NCBI RefSeq assembly: GCF_964355755.1
Contig: NC_092671.1
Coordinates: forward strand, 37,210,304-37,274,303
Length of the DNA stretch: 64,000 nt
Reading direction: 5' to 3'
DNA from: Antedon mediterranea
Taxonomy: Eukaryota; Animalia; Echinodermata
Positions within the stretch are counted from its first letter, which is position 1; each line of letters starts with the position of its first letter. Below the pieces are notes generated by a model that made no database searches, had not been told where the DNA came from, and saw only the letters and a list, made by a program, of their open reading frames with translations. Below, piece after piece: positions 13,482 through 26,421 of the stretch. A program made the translations under genes and the position numbers.

Positions 13482-14546
13482 CTTGTATAGACCAATAGAT
13501 TTATCACGTAACCAGGTCCATGGATTTATTATTAACTTATATATACCAATAGATTTATCACGTAACCAGGTCCATGGATTTATTATTAACTTATATATAC
13601 CAATAGATTTATCACGTAACCAGGTCCATGGATTTATTATTAACTTATATATACCAATAGATTTATCACGTAACCAGGTCCATGGATTTATTATTAACTT
13701 ATATATACCAATAGATTTATCACGTAACCAGGTCCATGGATTTATTATTAACTTATATATACCAATAGATCTATCACGTAACCAGGTCCATGGATTTATT
13801 ATTAATTTAGACCAATAGATTTATCACGTAACCAGGTCCATGGATTTATTATTAACTTAGACCAATAGATTTATCACGTAACCAGGTGCATGGATTTATT
13901 ATTAACTTATATATACCAATAGATTTATCACGTAACCAGGTCCATGGATATATTATTAACTTGTATAGACCAATAGATTTATCACGTCACCAGGTCCATG
14001 GATTTATTATTAACTTGTATAGACCAATAGATTTATCACGTAACCAGGTCCATGGATTTATTATTAACTTGTATAGACCAATAGATTTATCACGTAACCA
14101 GGTCCATGGATTTATTATTAACTTGTATAGACCAATAGATTTATCACGTAACCAGGTCCATGGATTTATTATTAACTTGTATAGACCAATAGATTTATCA
14201 CGTAACCTGGTCCATGGATTTATTATTAACTTGTATAAACCAATAGATTTATCATGTAACCAGGTGCATGGATTTATTATTAACTTGTATAGACCAATAG
14301 ATTTATCACGTAACCAGGTCCATGGATTTATTATTAACTTAGACCAATAGATTTATCACGTAACCAGGTGCATGGATTTATTATTAACTTAGACCAATAG
14401 ATTTATCACGTAACCAGGTCCATGGATTTATTATTAACTTGTATAGACCAATAGATTTATCACGTCACCAGGTCCATGGATTTATTATTAACTTAGACCA
14501 ATAGATTTATCACGTAACCTGGTCCATGGATTTATTATTAACTTGT
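13482..14546. repeat. 54/49-bp minisatellite, right part (~20 copies)
   Basis: Same unit as 9626-9986; 18-aa periodicity in the ORF track. Confidence 0.95.
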
Positions 14547-15516
14547 TATTTGTATTTCAATCAACTAAAGTTAACTAAATGAAGTATAGTAAGCCAATGT
14601 TGCATACAACAAGAATAAGGCTCTTGAATGAATGAATGTTTGGTTCAAACTATGTCCTTTGAACAATGATGTTTCTTCCTACTGGGTGCATGTTTTATTA
14701 CAGTATTTTTTGTGCACTTTTTTTCAATCGTAAAACCAATATTTCAATTTACACAAACAATTAACTCGTTGAATGAGGTGAATGTTCGTGATATGTTTTA
14801 TAACACACCTAAACTAAGGTAAATTCAAATTCATTGTAAATGGTGAGCATGCGCAGTCATATACAGCGGAATCACGCATTACCAACAATCACTTATTTTG
14901 AATTGAATTGAAAATTAAAAAACTAAAACTTCAATCGTTAAAATAATACATCATGAGCGATACAGCATCAACCAATCAAATGACAAAGACATGCATGGAT
15001 GTACCCTGTAGGCCTAATACAACAAATTGTATAAAACCTCATTTTTACAACACCTAATAATTGTAGAGAAAGTATTACTAACATTGAAAATGTCGCAGAC
15101 GTCTTTCTTTTTAAATGTTGACTGAAATTATTCAGGCGAACTTGTGTTCCCGTCTGATGTGTGTTAGCCAAATATACCTTTGGTCCCCTTTAACTATTTT
15201 TATTCAACGTTATTTTCTATATAGGTGTATATCTTCTGCGATCGGTTGAATATGTGAAGGATATTTTCTGAATACGTCTGTTAAATGGTGTATTGCACAA
15301 TTTAAGGTACCAAGTTCACTCTAATGTACACACATATATATAACAACGATATATTTAGATAACCAGGGTAGTAGTATACTGTAGTATTAAGAACTTTGTT
15401 GTTTTGCGAACATTTTAATTTATTAAGTAATTAGACAAGCGGGTTTAACTACACATCCAACTTTGTAACAAAAAATAGTCTGATAGTGTAGACAGAGCTT
15501 TAGACTGAGAGAAAGC

Positions 15517-15584
15517 TACCACCTAGATTCAAACCCGGAATCTTCTGCTTGTATGCGGACACCCTAACAATTAGACCACTGGAC
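15517..15584 (-). pseudogene. Degenerate tRNA-derived sequence, copy 2
   Basis: Homologous to 27405-27474. Confidence 0.45.
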
Positions 15585-16353
15585 TTTCATGGTATGGTTC
15601 AAATGTGATTGTATTGTATAGCGACATTTTAACACCCTTGACGTGGTACGGTAAAACAACACTGGTCCTCAATTGTACACATGCGCAACAGAGATAAAAA
15701 TTGATACGCCGCTCATCTTCCAGTTCATATAAGAACTTCAGGTGAAGATTAGCAAGATATTAGTTTGTTCAAGAAATTGTTGGTAAGACTTTGAGAAACA
15801 TTATGTTGGCTTATTCATATTGTTTAACCATTATACGATAAAAGTGATAACATTAATAAAGATAAGGTGGACAGTAGAATATTGAATCTGGCAGGCTATT
15901 AAACCTGACATTTAAAAAGGTAACAACATAATTATATCACGTTTTCATCATCTTATAGTTACTAAGTGAATAATCTAAAAGTTGCATTGTACATGAAATT
16001 AATAATTCTCTTCGTTACGAATTTATATGTCATCGTAGTTGTACGACACAGTTTGGTATGCCGTCTGTTATGCAAATGGACTTATGCAGGTGCATTGGGA
16101 AAGGGAGTATTCTTAGTCATTCGCGGTCAACACGTCACACTGTTAAGTTTTTGTTAATCTTGTTAATATTAGAAGTTGCCCAGTATTGTATTATTTTTCT
16201 GCCATACCACATTTTACAGTATAGGTTGCTACACACTACACATTGTTTGAGCGAAATACCCGTTTCATGCACGGTATGCATGGTAAAATGTTATGTATTA
16301 TTTTCAGTCGCTCTCGACCTTCTTGGAGCTTTTCAATGTTATTCAACGTACTG

Positions 16354-16831
16354 GGTTCAGGGACGGTTCGGCCCTGAGACGATTCGGCCCACTTTTGGTG
16401 AGACGATTCGGCCCACTTTTCATTTTTTTTTGTATTTATCCAGTTTTTAAAGGCGTTTAACAATCCCTATTTATTGATATTGACAATCTTGATATAATAT
16501 ATATAATAAATTACTAAAAAAACGTAATTTTATATTCAATTTATTACTTCGAAAACTTTGTTTATTTCGTGCATTCGCCAAGCGGCCAACAGAGGGCGTA
16601 ACTTGTTTACATCGTTCGCGTGACTAAAAAATGATCATTTTCGACAATGTTTTCAAAATGTTTGCTTTATTGCATCTTTATCCCTAGTAGTACTACCCCA
16701 TAGTCTCTCTGAAAATAAAGTTTGGGAAAAAAGCTTATTTTATGCTCATAAATGCATATCAAAGCCGATATATTTAACGCGCGTATATTTAAGTGTGCCG
16801 AATCGTCTCAGGGCCGAATCGTCCCGTTACC
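16354..16831. mobile_element. MITE, Mutator-like (478 bp)
   Basis: TIRs GGTtcaGGGACGGTTCGGCCCTGAGACGATTCGGC and GCCGAATCGTCTCAGGGCCGAATCGTCCCgttACC. 9-bp TSD AACGTACTG at 16345-16353 and 16832-16840. Confidence 0.85.
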
Positions 16832-17790
16832 AACGTACTGTGTGCTCGGTCGCCACCGGCCGGATAGGAATTTTCAGAGATTTTTCTCCGATTCAATCAT
16901 TTCCGGGGTTTTCGCGCCGCGGCTCTAGCCAGCTATGTCCCAGGAGGACACATTCATTAATAAGCTGTTTCATAGCGGTAGCTTTAGTATCTAAGGCTGA
17001 CAGTTTTGTGAATTTGGAAACTCGACTATAATTTATAGGGAGCTGCTGGACCCAAAAAACGTCTGGGAGAAGAGAGTCTCTATGAAAGCCTTTGCTGATA
17101 ATACAGTATTATTGAGATGTAGACGGAAATCTGTAAAATCTTGTTCAATAAATAATAACTTCGTTTTTGCTGTCAACCAGGCCGGTATTATAATAAGTCA
17201 CTGTCAAATAATCATTCGATAATGGTCAAAACTTTATTTTGGCTCTGTCAACATAAAGGGAGGTATTTACAATGACTTTCTTTTGACTGTCAATCTAGGC
17301 CAATGTTATAATAATACGCCGTCAGATATTAAATCATTGAAACAGTCCTGGTAAATTTTTTTTGGTTATCAGATGCCGTGGGGGGTCCAATAAATTATCG
17401 TCAGAAGGTGAACAATCAGTCTAGGTAGCAGCAGCAGATTATTAGGAACGCCTGCTCCATTAATTAATCCAGAAAAAGGTTTGTACATTATCTATTTGTT
17501 TATTAGCCTTCTCCTAACACAATTATATTTTCTTTAAAAAAAGGTTTTATAAGTGGTTTCAACATTTATGATAGTAATGTCACAGTTCTGTGTCTGGACG
17601 CAAGTTCATAGACCTACTAGTTATATTATTCATATTAACTGATACTTACTCTTCATTTACCGTAAAGTTCAGTTTTAATGAAATATATAATATAAATTGG
17701 CTTCGTAACAATTAGTGTTGAAAAGGTTAGTTTTTTGGTGATAAGTGAAAATGACATGTAACTTCGTAATCAATTTATTTTTTTTGTATA

Positions 17791-18378
17791 AAGGCCCAAT
17801 TACACTATGACGATAACGACGGACGATAAATATATAGCATGCATTTTTTTTACATAAACCAAAAGTAATTAGAAAGGTTTTCGTTCTAGACCTATAGGAT
17901 AATCATTTATGCTGTCTTTGATAAAAATAATGTTTTTCAAATTCCAATCAAATGACGTCATGATAAATAAAAACAATAAAATCGCTGTATTGTCACGATA
18001 TTATTGGTCTTACTAATCATGACGTCATTTGATTGGACGTGTGAAAATATAATTTTCATCAAGGGAATTGTTTATATTTCTTTTGGTTTATGTATTAAAA
18101 ATGCACATTTGTCTATTTATCGTCGATCGTTATCAAGTCAAGTCAAGTATCATTTATTATCATTTGTTTTAGGAAAAACATAGAAATTCTGTTTGCTCTG
18201 TTGGCGGAGCACAATATCCAACGGACACAACACGAACTCAAAAAACAAGAACATTACAAAAAAAAGTCTACATCATATTTAAGGCTCTAATAGATCCTGG
18301 AAAGAAACTATTTGTAAATCGTGCCTTATTGGCCTTAATAGAACGAAATTGCCGACCGCGTCCTAGTGTATGGGCCTT
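17791..18378. mobile_element. Palindromic MITE interrupted by a LINE fragment
   Basis: Ends AAGGCCCAATTACACTATGACGATAACGA and TCGTTATC[insert]GTCCTAGTGTATGGGCCTT. Inner inverted pair TCCAATCAAATGACGTCATGAT / ATCATGACGTCATTTGATTGGA. Confidence 0.7.
18135..18359 (-). mobile_element. 5'-truncated LINE 3' end (Rex1/Babar- or L2-like)
   Basis: Minus strand encodes RQFRSIKANKARFTNSFFPGSIRALNMM*, a typical ORF2 C-terminus, followed by AATAAA and a (GACTT)n tail. Confidence 0.7.
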
Positions 18379-18712
18379 ATGCTGTAAATGTTCAATTAAT
18401 TGATCATTCCGATTTTATTAGTTGGACTATTGCACAGTTGCTGTCTAATCGTTGTTGTGTAATATCATTTCGAACCATATTAAAATCATAAAGAGATTCA
18501 TATTCCTTAACATGTGGCTGTGCATGGAAGTCCGGTCTACAAAAACTCGGGCCCGGGATCATTGTTATTGGACCTGAAAGTGTTGGTGAATTCATAATTA
18601 TACTTAATATTATATTTATATATATTAATATATATATATAATTATATATATATATATATAATTATATTATTATACAATTGAAAGCAAAACCCGTTGAATC
18701 TCAAATCATTAG

Positions 18713-19760
18713 GACTAGAAATTTGGCTTATCAATCAAATAAATACTTTCGTTCAAAATGAAACTCCAACCTCTAATCAAAAGATTGAACTCGAAAACGG
18801 ACCGTTTTTTTTAATTATGGTATTGATCAGTGGCTATAGAGGCGTAAAAACCCTCGGTCAATATCATGTAAAATGCACTGTGGAAGGGTCATTATTAAGA
18901 CTGCAAAATTGGGCTTATCAACAAATAAATACTTTCGTTCAAAATGTAAAATCAAGGCTGAAAAATTGGGCTTATCAACAACAAAATATTTTATTATTAG
19001 ACGCGATAACATCAAGGATAATCAGTATAATTATTAATATAGCCACTGTTACTAGTTTTATTCTACATGCTAAAGTAAATAAAAATCCACTAAAAAACAA
19101 GCAAGTCTGAATGTTATGCTTATTAGCCATGTTATGTTTGTTACTGTAGGCCTATGATTGTTTGCAATGTCCACATATTATTTCCGTGGGCATATCCATA
19201 GTGTATCACTCACAAAAAAGACGTGTGAGGTTCTTTCTTTAGATTTTGAAGAATGATTTGTGTTACAGGTTGACACAAGAGTCAAATGCTCAAGATATCG
19301 GCTAACGCCATGGGACCCTTGGCTTATCAATGAATAATAAATACAGTACTACTTTCGTTCAATTGAAATCGGAATCTGACCGTTTCATTAAATTGGGTGT
19401 GATTAGGCCTAAACATATAATAATTTATTAAAAAGGTACAATAAAAACAAATGCATCAGAGGCGTAAAGAACCCACGGTCAATATCATGTAAAATGTATA
19501 TGGTATAAGCACTGTGGAAGGGGTCATTATTATTAAACTGGAAAATTCGGCTTATCAACAAATAAATACTTTCGTTTAAAATGTAAAATAAGACTGCAAA
19601 ATTGGGCTTATCAACAAATAAATACTTTCGTTCAAAATGTAAAATAAGACTGTACAATTGGGCTTATCAACAAATAAAATCCTTTTTTTTTCAAAATGTA
19701 AAATTAAGACTGGAAAATTTGGCTTATAAACAAATAAATACTTTTTTTCAAAATGTAAGA
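18713..19760. repeat. Degenerate ~56-bp repeat, dispersed and tandem (about 4 tandem copies at 19540-19760)
   Basis: Recurrent AAATTGGGCTTATCAACAAATAAATACTTTCGTTCAAAATGTAAAA. Confidence 0.75.
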
Positions 19761-19786
19761 AAACATTTTTTAAATATAATCCTTAT

Positions 19787-19935
19787 GCTCTGTCTATACT
19801 ATCAAACTAAATATGATGTGCCCATATTAAATAGACATGACGATGTCATATCACTACGATATTCGGGCATATCACTATCATATTTGGGCACATCACACTT
19901 TTTTTGTTAACTAGTTGGGACAGTGTAGACACAGA
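19787..19935. mobile_element. Short MITE, same family as 27250-27387
   Basis: GCTCTGTCTATACTATCAAACTA ... TAGTTGGGACAGTGTAGACACAG, with a shared interior. Confidence 0.6.
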
Positions 19936-21929
19936 ACTATGTGATCGAAACATAAGTCGGAATTGGACTGACGCGATTGATTTAATTGGGTATTTTTATT
20001 AATGTAATGATTCATTAAAAACTATAATACCGATACGCGTTTGGTATTGATCAATGGTGCAAAAACCCTGAGAAATAATGTTATAACGCGATTTGGTGAT
20101 AGCTTAGCAATAATACAACCCATATACTATTATAAATACCTATTACAAATCCATTCATATAACTTTTCATCGCGAACCGAATGTATAAATGTTATTTTAC
20201 AGACAGTAATTATATATTCAAAAGCCATATTATTATTACTGTATTATCAATACCTAAATGCGATAGTAATAACCACATAAACATACATTATTCCCAATAC
20301 AAGTTTGTGCGTTTAATTCTAGAAAGAAACGACTGTGCTGACAGGCCAATGACATAAATCACAAGTAAAGTCCCAATTGTTCACTTGCGTTTTGATTGGC
20401 CGACCTATTATATTAGATTAATGAAGACTGTTCTTACAACTGTCCAGTCAAAAAGTTACGCGGCGTTTTTTGTAAGAAATATTTCTTGTTTATTCTTTGT
20501 TTTTCGCCTATCCCAAGGTTAAGAGTGATTTAGAAAGATGTTATAGTTAGCATACGTTTTCTTTCGGCTCATTAAATTATGTAACATGTAACAGGTTTTC
20601 ACTGATAAAATAATTAATTCAACAAAAGTCACTTAGGATATTTTAACTTAATTTTAAATGCATATAGTATTATTTACATTATAAAATTGGTTCAACAGAA
20701 AGTATAAAAATACAAGGCTATTTAATTTTAATTTTGCTTACATTCCTTGGCATCTGAAACGAAGATATGTAATTAATTTTGTTGGTTTGTTATTTATACG
20801 ATGTGCATAGGGTTATGGTAGTTGGCGTGTGTGGCCGCACCGTCCCAGAATAAACATGTTTTAAACAGATAGTTTGTTTTTGTTGGTTCTTGTATGGGGT
20901 TAACGGGGACTGAGATTATAATCCATATAATAATAATACAAATCCGTTTTTCCATTTTTAAAAAATATAATTTATTTAACTTAAATATAGCATTGTTAAT
21001 TTTATTTACAGTAATATAATAATTATTATGAGACCTATAAAAGTTTTTATTTCTGTTACCAGCGCGATTCACAGACAAAATAAACATGAATGTAGATTGT
21101 CAACACCATGTCTTCTTCGGTAGATTTTATAATAATAAGTAAAATAATTATAATCTTATTATTGGAGTAACATGTATATATGACAATTATACTTGTGTCA
21201 ATATTAATATTATTATGTAACTTCTTATTATAGAGAACCCTTGGGGACACCTTAAAGAACCAACAAGCGTTCTTATTATAGAGAACCCTTGGGGACACCT
21301 TAAAGAACCAACAAGCGTTCTCTTTTAAAGAGGTGTCCTCTGAATAGTATTAAAATAGTAAACATATTATTACCCAATCGGTCGTTTTGCGGTAAAGTGT
21401 CTCCTTAATAGGGGGTCCTGTTTAGGGGGTCTCAAATGAGGGGTTGTACTGTAATTAAGAAACCTGTGTAAATTAAACAACAAATTCCACAGATCACAAA
21501 GTTACTGTATCGTGTTATCTGTATAACCTTTTATAATGTATTCCCAAACCCCTCCCCTCCACCCTCACATTAGAATACACAGTACGTAATAAAAGATATT
21601 AATTTGTACACTAAAATAAAAAAAAAATTTAAAGTAGAAATATTAAATATTAAACATCCAATTTTTATACACTATATTAAAATAAGGTCATGTGATTGTG
21701 TCTTACGTAGTTAAATGTAAAAACATACTTTTAATTAATTTTATAATTAAACAAAAATTAATATTTCAAAATATTAAGATAACAACAAAACATAAATACA
21801 CAACTTAAACAATTAAGACATAAATGGTAATAATTTAGTTCGTGTACACTTGCTTTAATAATGTGATTGTTCCTGATCTGTTCTGATTACGAACATTTAA
21901 CATAAATGTTTTCATGTTTTGTAATTATT

Positions 21930-24098
21930 TTAATAATTAAATATTTTTACATTGTTTGATCTGTGGTTTGCCACTACAGCTCTCCTTGGTCTTTCTGAGA
22001 TTGCAGCAATCCCTGCTGGAACATCCAACCCATCATCTTTGTTATCTATTCGTTTAATGAATTTACCATTTTGATCAAATAGTTGTAGTTTATGATTACT
22101 GGATACTATCATATTCCCATCCATATCTATTGTTATACCATGAGGACCCCACACTTTACCATCTTCTTTACTATAGCCTACAAGGATCTTTATCAGCTTA
22201 TCATTACCATCAAACATTTGTATTCTGCTATTTCCAAAATCAACAACAATCAAATGATCATCCTTTGTTACAGCAACATCTTCTGGTTTTTTCATTTGAC
22301 CGGCTTCACTACCTTCAGAACTTATCTTTCCCAGTAGAGTACCATCATCAATATTGAATTTAAACACACAGTGACATTCACGGTCTGCTACATATAACAT
22401 CCTGGTCTTTTGGTTTACTGTTACGCCCATTGGATCTTTTAATACTCCTTTACCAAAGGTTCGGATTTCATGATATTGATTATCACACATTACAACACAT
22501 TTACCTAAATAGTCACTATACACCATGTGACCATTGCCTATTTGATGCATTTTAATGACTTGTACATTTTGTGGTATTTGTATCTTAGAAACAAAACCAC
22601 CTGATTGATCAAACTTTATTAAATCTTTACTTCCGCTTGACACTAGCATACATCCATCAGTATTAAATACTACATCTGTCACTTTTTCTGTTTTATGATT
22701 TTCTTTATACTCTGATATGTTATCTATGGTATGTACAAGTCCAACTGGTTCCACCTTGATACTCACTGGTGAACCTATGACGTGCGACATATCTCCATCA
22801 GTGATATCCATGTGCCAGTCTCCTTCCAAATCACATCTACCTGTTACTGTGTACTCTCCCTTTCTGCGTGTTACTTCAGTGGCTGATTTCGCACCTAATG
22901 AGTTGCTTAGTGTGGCTGTTAATTTACCAACATCACTCTCTGCTAGACTTGATATTCTCACACTAAATGGCTGTCCTTTTGTGACTGAAATGTTCTCATC
23001 TTCTTTATTAACATTGTATATACCACCAACAGTGATAAGTTTACCAACACCTTCATGATTCATCAACTCAACCAGCTTTGGAGATGGAATAAACTTTGGT
23101 GTAATTCTTGTTTTAGCAAATGATTTATCCAATTCATCTGCTGCAGCGTCATTCCCAACTACAGTGATAGTTGTCTGGTATGATGCAAGGTTTTCTGTTT
23201 CTGTTGGTTTATTCATTGTTGTCTTGATTGATTCCATCAACGTGTTTACTTGTGTCAGTTTTGATTCAATACTTTTAACTTGACTATCAATCACTTTGCT
23301 TTGGTCTTTATAAATCTGTGTAAGATTTGCCATCATTATCTTCGTTTCTTCCTTCACCTTTCTGATAATTGTCTTCTCGTGAATCTCAATCGCTGTTCTG
23401 CTTAACTTCAAATTAGATTCAAACTCAGATCTGTCTTTAGTGATAACATCTAATCTCTCTTTTAGTTTTCTCTTAATTCCTTCAGCTGTCTTCATAGTTT
23501 CAGTAAAAGTTGTATTAATCTCATTCAGAGCTATCTTCATTGGGATCACCTCATGTTTATTTCTATAACAACGGACAATATGCTTGCAATCTTCACATGC
23601 AGGAAGTTTACATGTACGACAGTAATCTTCCAGTTTTTTATCAGGGTGATTTTGGCAGTTTTGTGAATCTTCACTTTGTTCTTCTATGTCTGTATCCAGT
23701 GTGTATAGTGAATGGTTCTCCAGCGTAGGGAACATCTTATGCTGTTGGATGCATTGTCGACACATATACATTTCACATTCAGAACAATAGTGCTGAGGTT
23801 GATTCGAACATCTTGAGCATGCTTCTGGTTTTTCATATTCAATCTTCTCAACGTATTCAACTAGGTAACTGATTGTTTCATTGCACTTCAAATGTTTCAA
23901 ATCACCATCTTTAAGATCGTACGTCTGACGGCATTTTGGACATTGTATCTTGCCGTGTCTTCTCATCAAGTCTTGCAGGCAGTTAAGACAGTAAGTGTGA
24001 AGACAGTTAAGCGCCTTTGGATCTGTGAATCTTTGTAGACAGATTGAACATTCCAGATCTCTTTTGTCAAAAAACTTCAATACTGTTTTAGCAGACAT
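21930..24098 (-). CDS. TRIM-NHL family E3 ligase, copy 3 (722 aa; TRIM2/3/71-like architecture)
   Basis: C3HC4 RING (CSIC...CLHTYCLNC...CPKC), B-box1, B-box2, coiled coil, filamin-like segment (GEYTVT...HVIGSP) and NHL repeats (PMGVTV, PEDVAV, PHGITID, DFGNSRIQMFD). Confidence 0.95.
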   Translation of the reverse strand: MSAKTVLKFFDKRDLECSICLQRFTDPKALNCLHTYCLNCLQDLMRRHGKIQCPKCRQTYDLKDGDLKHLKCNETISYLVEYVEKIEYEKPEACSRCSNQPQHYCSECEMYMCRQCIQQHKMFPTLENHSLYTLDTDIEEQSEDSQNCQNHPDKKLEDYCRTCKLPACEDCKHIVRCYRNKHEVIPMKIALNEINTTFTETMKTAEGIKRKLKERLDVITKDRSEFESNLKLSRTAIEIHEKTIIRKVKEETKIMMANLTQIYKDQSKVIDSQVKSIESKLTQVNTLMESIKTTMNKPTETENLASYQTTITVVGNDAAADELDKSFAKTRITPKFIPSPKLVELMNHEGVGKLITVGGIYNVNKEDENISVTKGQPFSVRISSLAESDVGKLTATLSNSLGAKSATEVTRRKGEYTVTGRCDLEGDWHMDITDGDMSHVIGSPVSIKVEPVGLVHTIDNISEYKENHKTEKVTDVVFNTDGCMLVSSGSKDLIKFDQSGGFVSKIQIPQNVQVIKMHQIGNGHMVYSDYLGKCVVMCDNQYHEIRTFGKGVLKDPMGVTVNQKTRMLYVADRECHCVFKFNIDDGTLLGKISSEGSEAGQMKKPEDVAVTKDDHLIVVDFGNSRIQMFDGNDKLIKILVGYSKEDGKVWGPHGITIDMDGNMIVSSNHKLQLFDQNGKFIKRIDNKDDGLDVPAGIAAISERPRRAVVANHRSNNVKIFNY

Positions 24099-26370
24099 CT
24101 GTAAAATACAATATTTTTTTCAGTTAGTGTATACTATAAGATGTATTCCAGAAGGAAGGTAAGGGTGTGAGGATGATCAACATAACCCTATTGTCGGCTT
24201 TGAATGGATGGTTTAGGAAATAAAATAGGAAAATGGTTTCCTAAAAATTTCTACTATTAAAAAGAAGAGCAACCAACATAAAGTACGGTAACGGTATCCT
24301 CTGTCAATTTACGAAAACAAAAATTTAAAACCATCATCGCTATAATAATACAAAGATCAACAAATATATAATAATCAATGTTTATGAGTTAAATTGGGTA
24401 ATTTTTAATGATTTTAAAAATTGAGGCGGAGCCAAGATGATTCTGTCACGAATACAACATTCGTTATTTGCTTTATAGCCGTCACACATTGTTTGACAAC
24501 TTTTATTCAATTTCATGTATTGTAAATGGCGACACCACGCAGTAGATATCAAGTCGGATGTCACAAATATAACCCAACCTATCGTATCGAATACAACAAT
24601 CGTATAAAAATGTTTACATATAGCTAAGAATAGTGGCCTACAATAGTAGGGCCTACCTTCAATCGTTAAAATGAGAAAAAATAATACATGGCTGGATACA
24701 AATTATATTCCATATAGGTTTTAATACAAATTGTATATAGAACCTTATTTTTATTATAGAAAAAGTTATTCCTTACTTTGAAAGTGTTGTAAACTATAAA
24801 TATTCAGACGGACCTTCTACTTGTGTTCCTGTTGTCTGTTGTGTATTAGCCAATGTACCTTCTGGCCTTCAAATATTGTTATTGAACGTTCTTTCATCTA
24901 GTAGACTGGAGATGTGAACCGTCTACTTGTGTTCAGTTGAATGTGTGTAGGCGTAGGTTATTCTCTGCTGTTAAGGGTGTATTGCACAATTCAAGGTACC
25001 AAGTTCACTGAAAAGTACACATATCTTGATAATATAACATTTGTATTTAGAAAATCAGGGTAGTAAATTAATAAAAAGCAAACTTCTTTGTTTGCTCTTT
25101 TACGTAATTGTGCAATAGAGGTAAACAAAAGTCCGTTTACATAAGATAGTGTTAACAATAATTATTTAATATTAACGTTATATTTTTACACACGAAAGAC
25201 CATTTTGAGAAGTTGACTCAAACTTAATGAATAGGCCTATACTTTATATAATTTCTTATGCGGATTTTAATCCTAAGTTATTAATAAAAGTTAATGAGTG
25301 CCTGGTCCTCGAAAGACAATATGGGTTATAATGTTATTGTTTTAATACGTTTTAATTATTAAATACGGTTTGTCAATGTTTACACAAATTAACTTGGAAA
25401 AAATAGGCCCTTTAATTTGAATTCATGAGCAATTTGTAACTATAATTAAAATTGGGAAAATCCAGTGTTCTGGTTAGACTTGCTTTATGTATTTGTGTTT
25501 GCCAGTTACGCTTAGCAACTAGATAAAAAAAGCACCGTCATCAAAATGTGTTATCAAAGTGTATTGATTAAATTGTGTAGGCCAATATATTTATCATGTA
25601 CCCAGGTCATGGATTTATTAATAACTTTTTATTTGTATTTCAATCAAAAAAAGTTAACTAAATGAAGTATAGTAAGCCTATGTTGCATAAAACAAGAATA
25701 AGGCTATTGAATCAATGAATGTTTGGTTCAAACTATGTCCTTGGAACAATGATATTTCTTGCTACTGGTTGCATGATTTATTACAGTATTTTTTCTGCAC
25801 TTTTTTTCAATTGTAAAACCAATCTTTCAATTTACACAAACAATTAACTCGTTGAATGAGGTTAACGTTCATGATATGTTTTATAACAGTACACCTAAAC
25901 TAAAGTAAATTCAAATTCATTGCAAATGGCGAGCATGCGCGGAATCACGCATTACCAACAATCATTTATTTTGAATGAAGTGAAAATTGAAAAAGCTAAA
26001 ACTTCAATCTGGTTTTCTAACACACCTAAACAAAGTTTAAATTCAAATTTATGTCAATGGCGAGCATGCACAGTAATATACAGCGCAATCACGCATTACC
26101 AACAATCACTTATTTTGAATTGAAAAAGCTAAAACTTTAATCATTAAAATAATACATACAGTAGTAGTAGTACATATGAACGATACAACATCAACCAATC
26201 AAATGACAGACATGCATAGGTGTGCCCTGTAGGCATAATACAACAAATTGTATAAAACCTCATTTTTACAACATAATAATTGTAGAGAAAGTATACTAAT
26301 ACATTGAAAATGTCGCAGACGTCTTTCTTTTTTAATGTTGACTGAAAATATTCAGGCAAACCTTCTACGT

Positions 26371-26421
26371 GTGTTCCCGTCTGATGTGTGTTCCCGTCTG
26401 ATGTGTGTTCCCGTCTGATGT
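26371..26421. repeat. 17-bp tandem repeat x3
   Basis: GTGTTCCCGTCTGATGT x3; single copy at the homologous site ~15144. Confidence 0.85.

Noticed and set aside
21225-21453. Tc1/mariner-type MITE around the 48-bp unit (ends ...AGGGGTTGTACTGTA)
   Set aside because: Only one plausible terminus is visible; no matching left TIR or TSD was found.
21930-24098. Gene symbol TRIM71/lin-41, TRIM2 or TRIM3
   Set aside because: The architecture fits the subfamily, but the sequences look like a divergent lineage-specific expansion; orthology needs a phylogeny.
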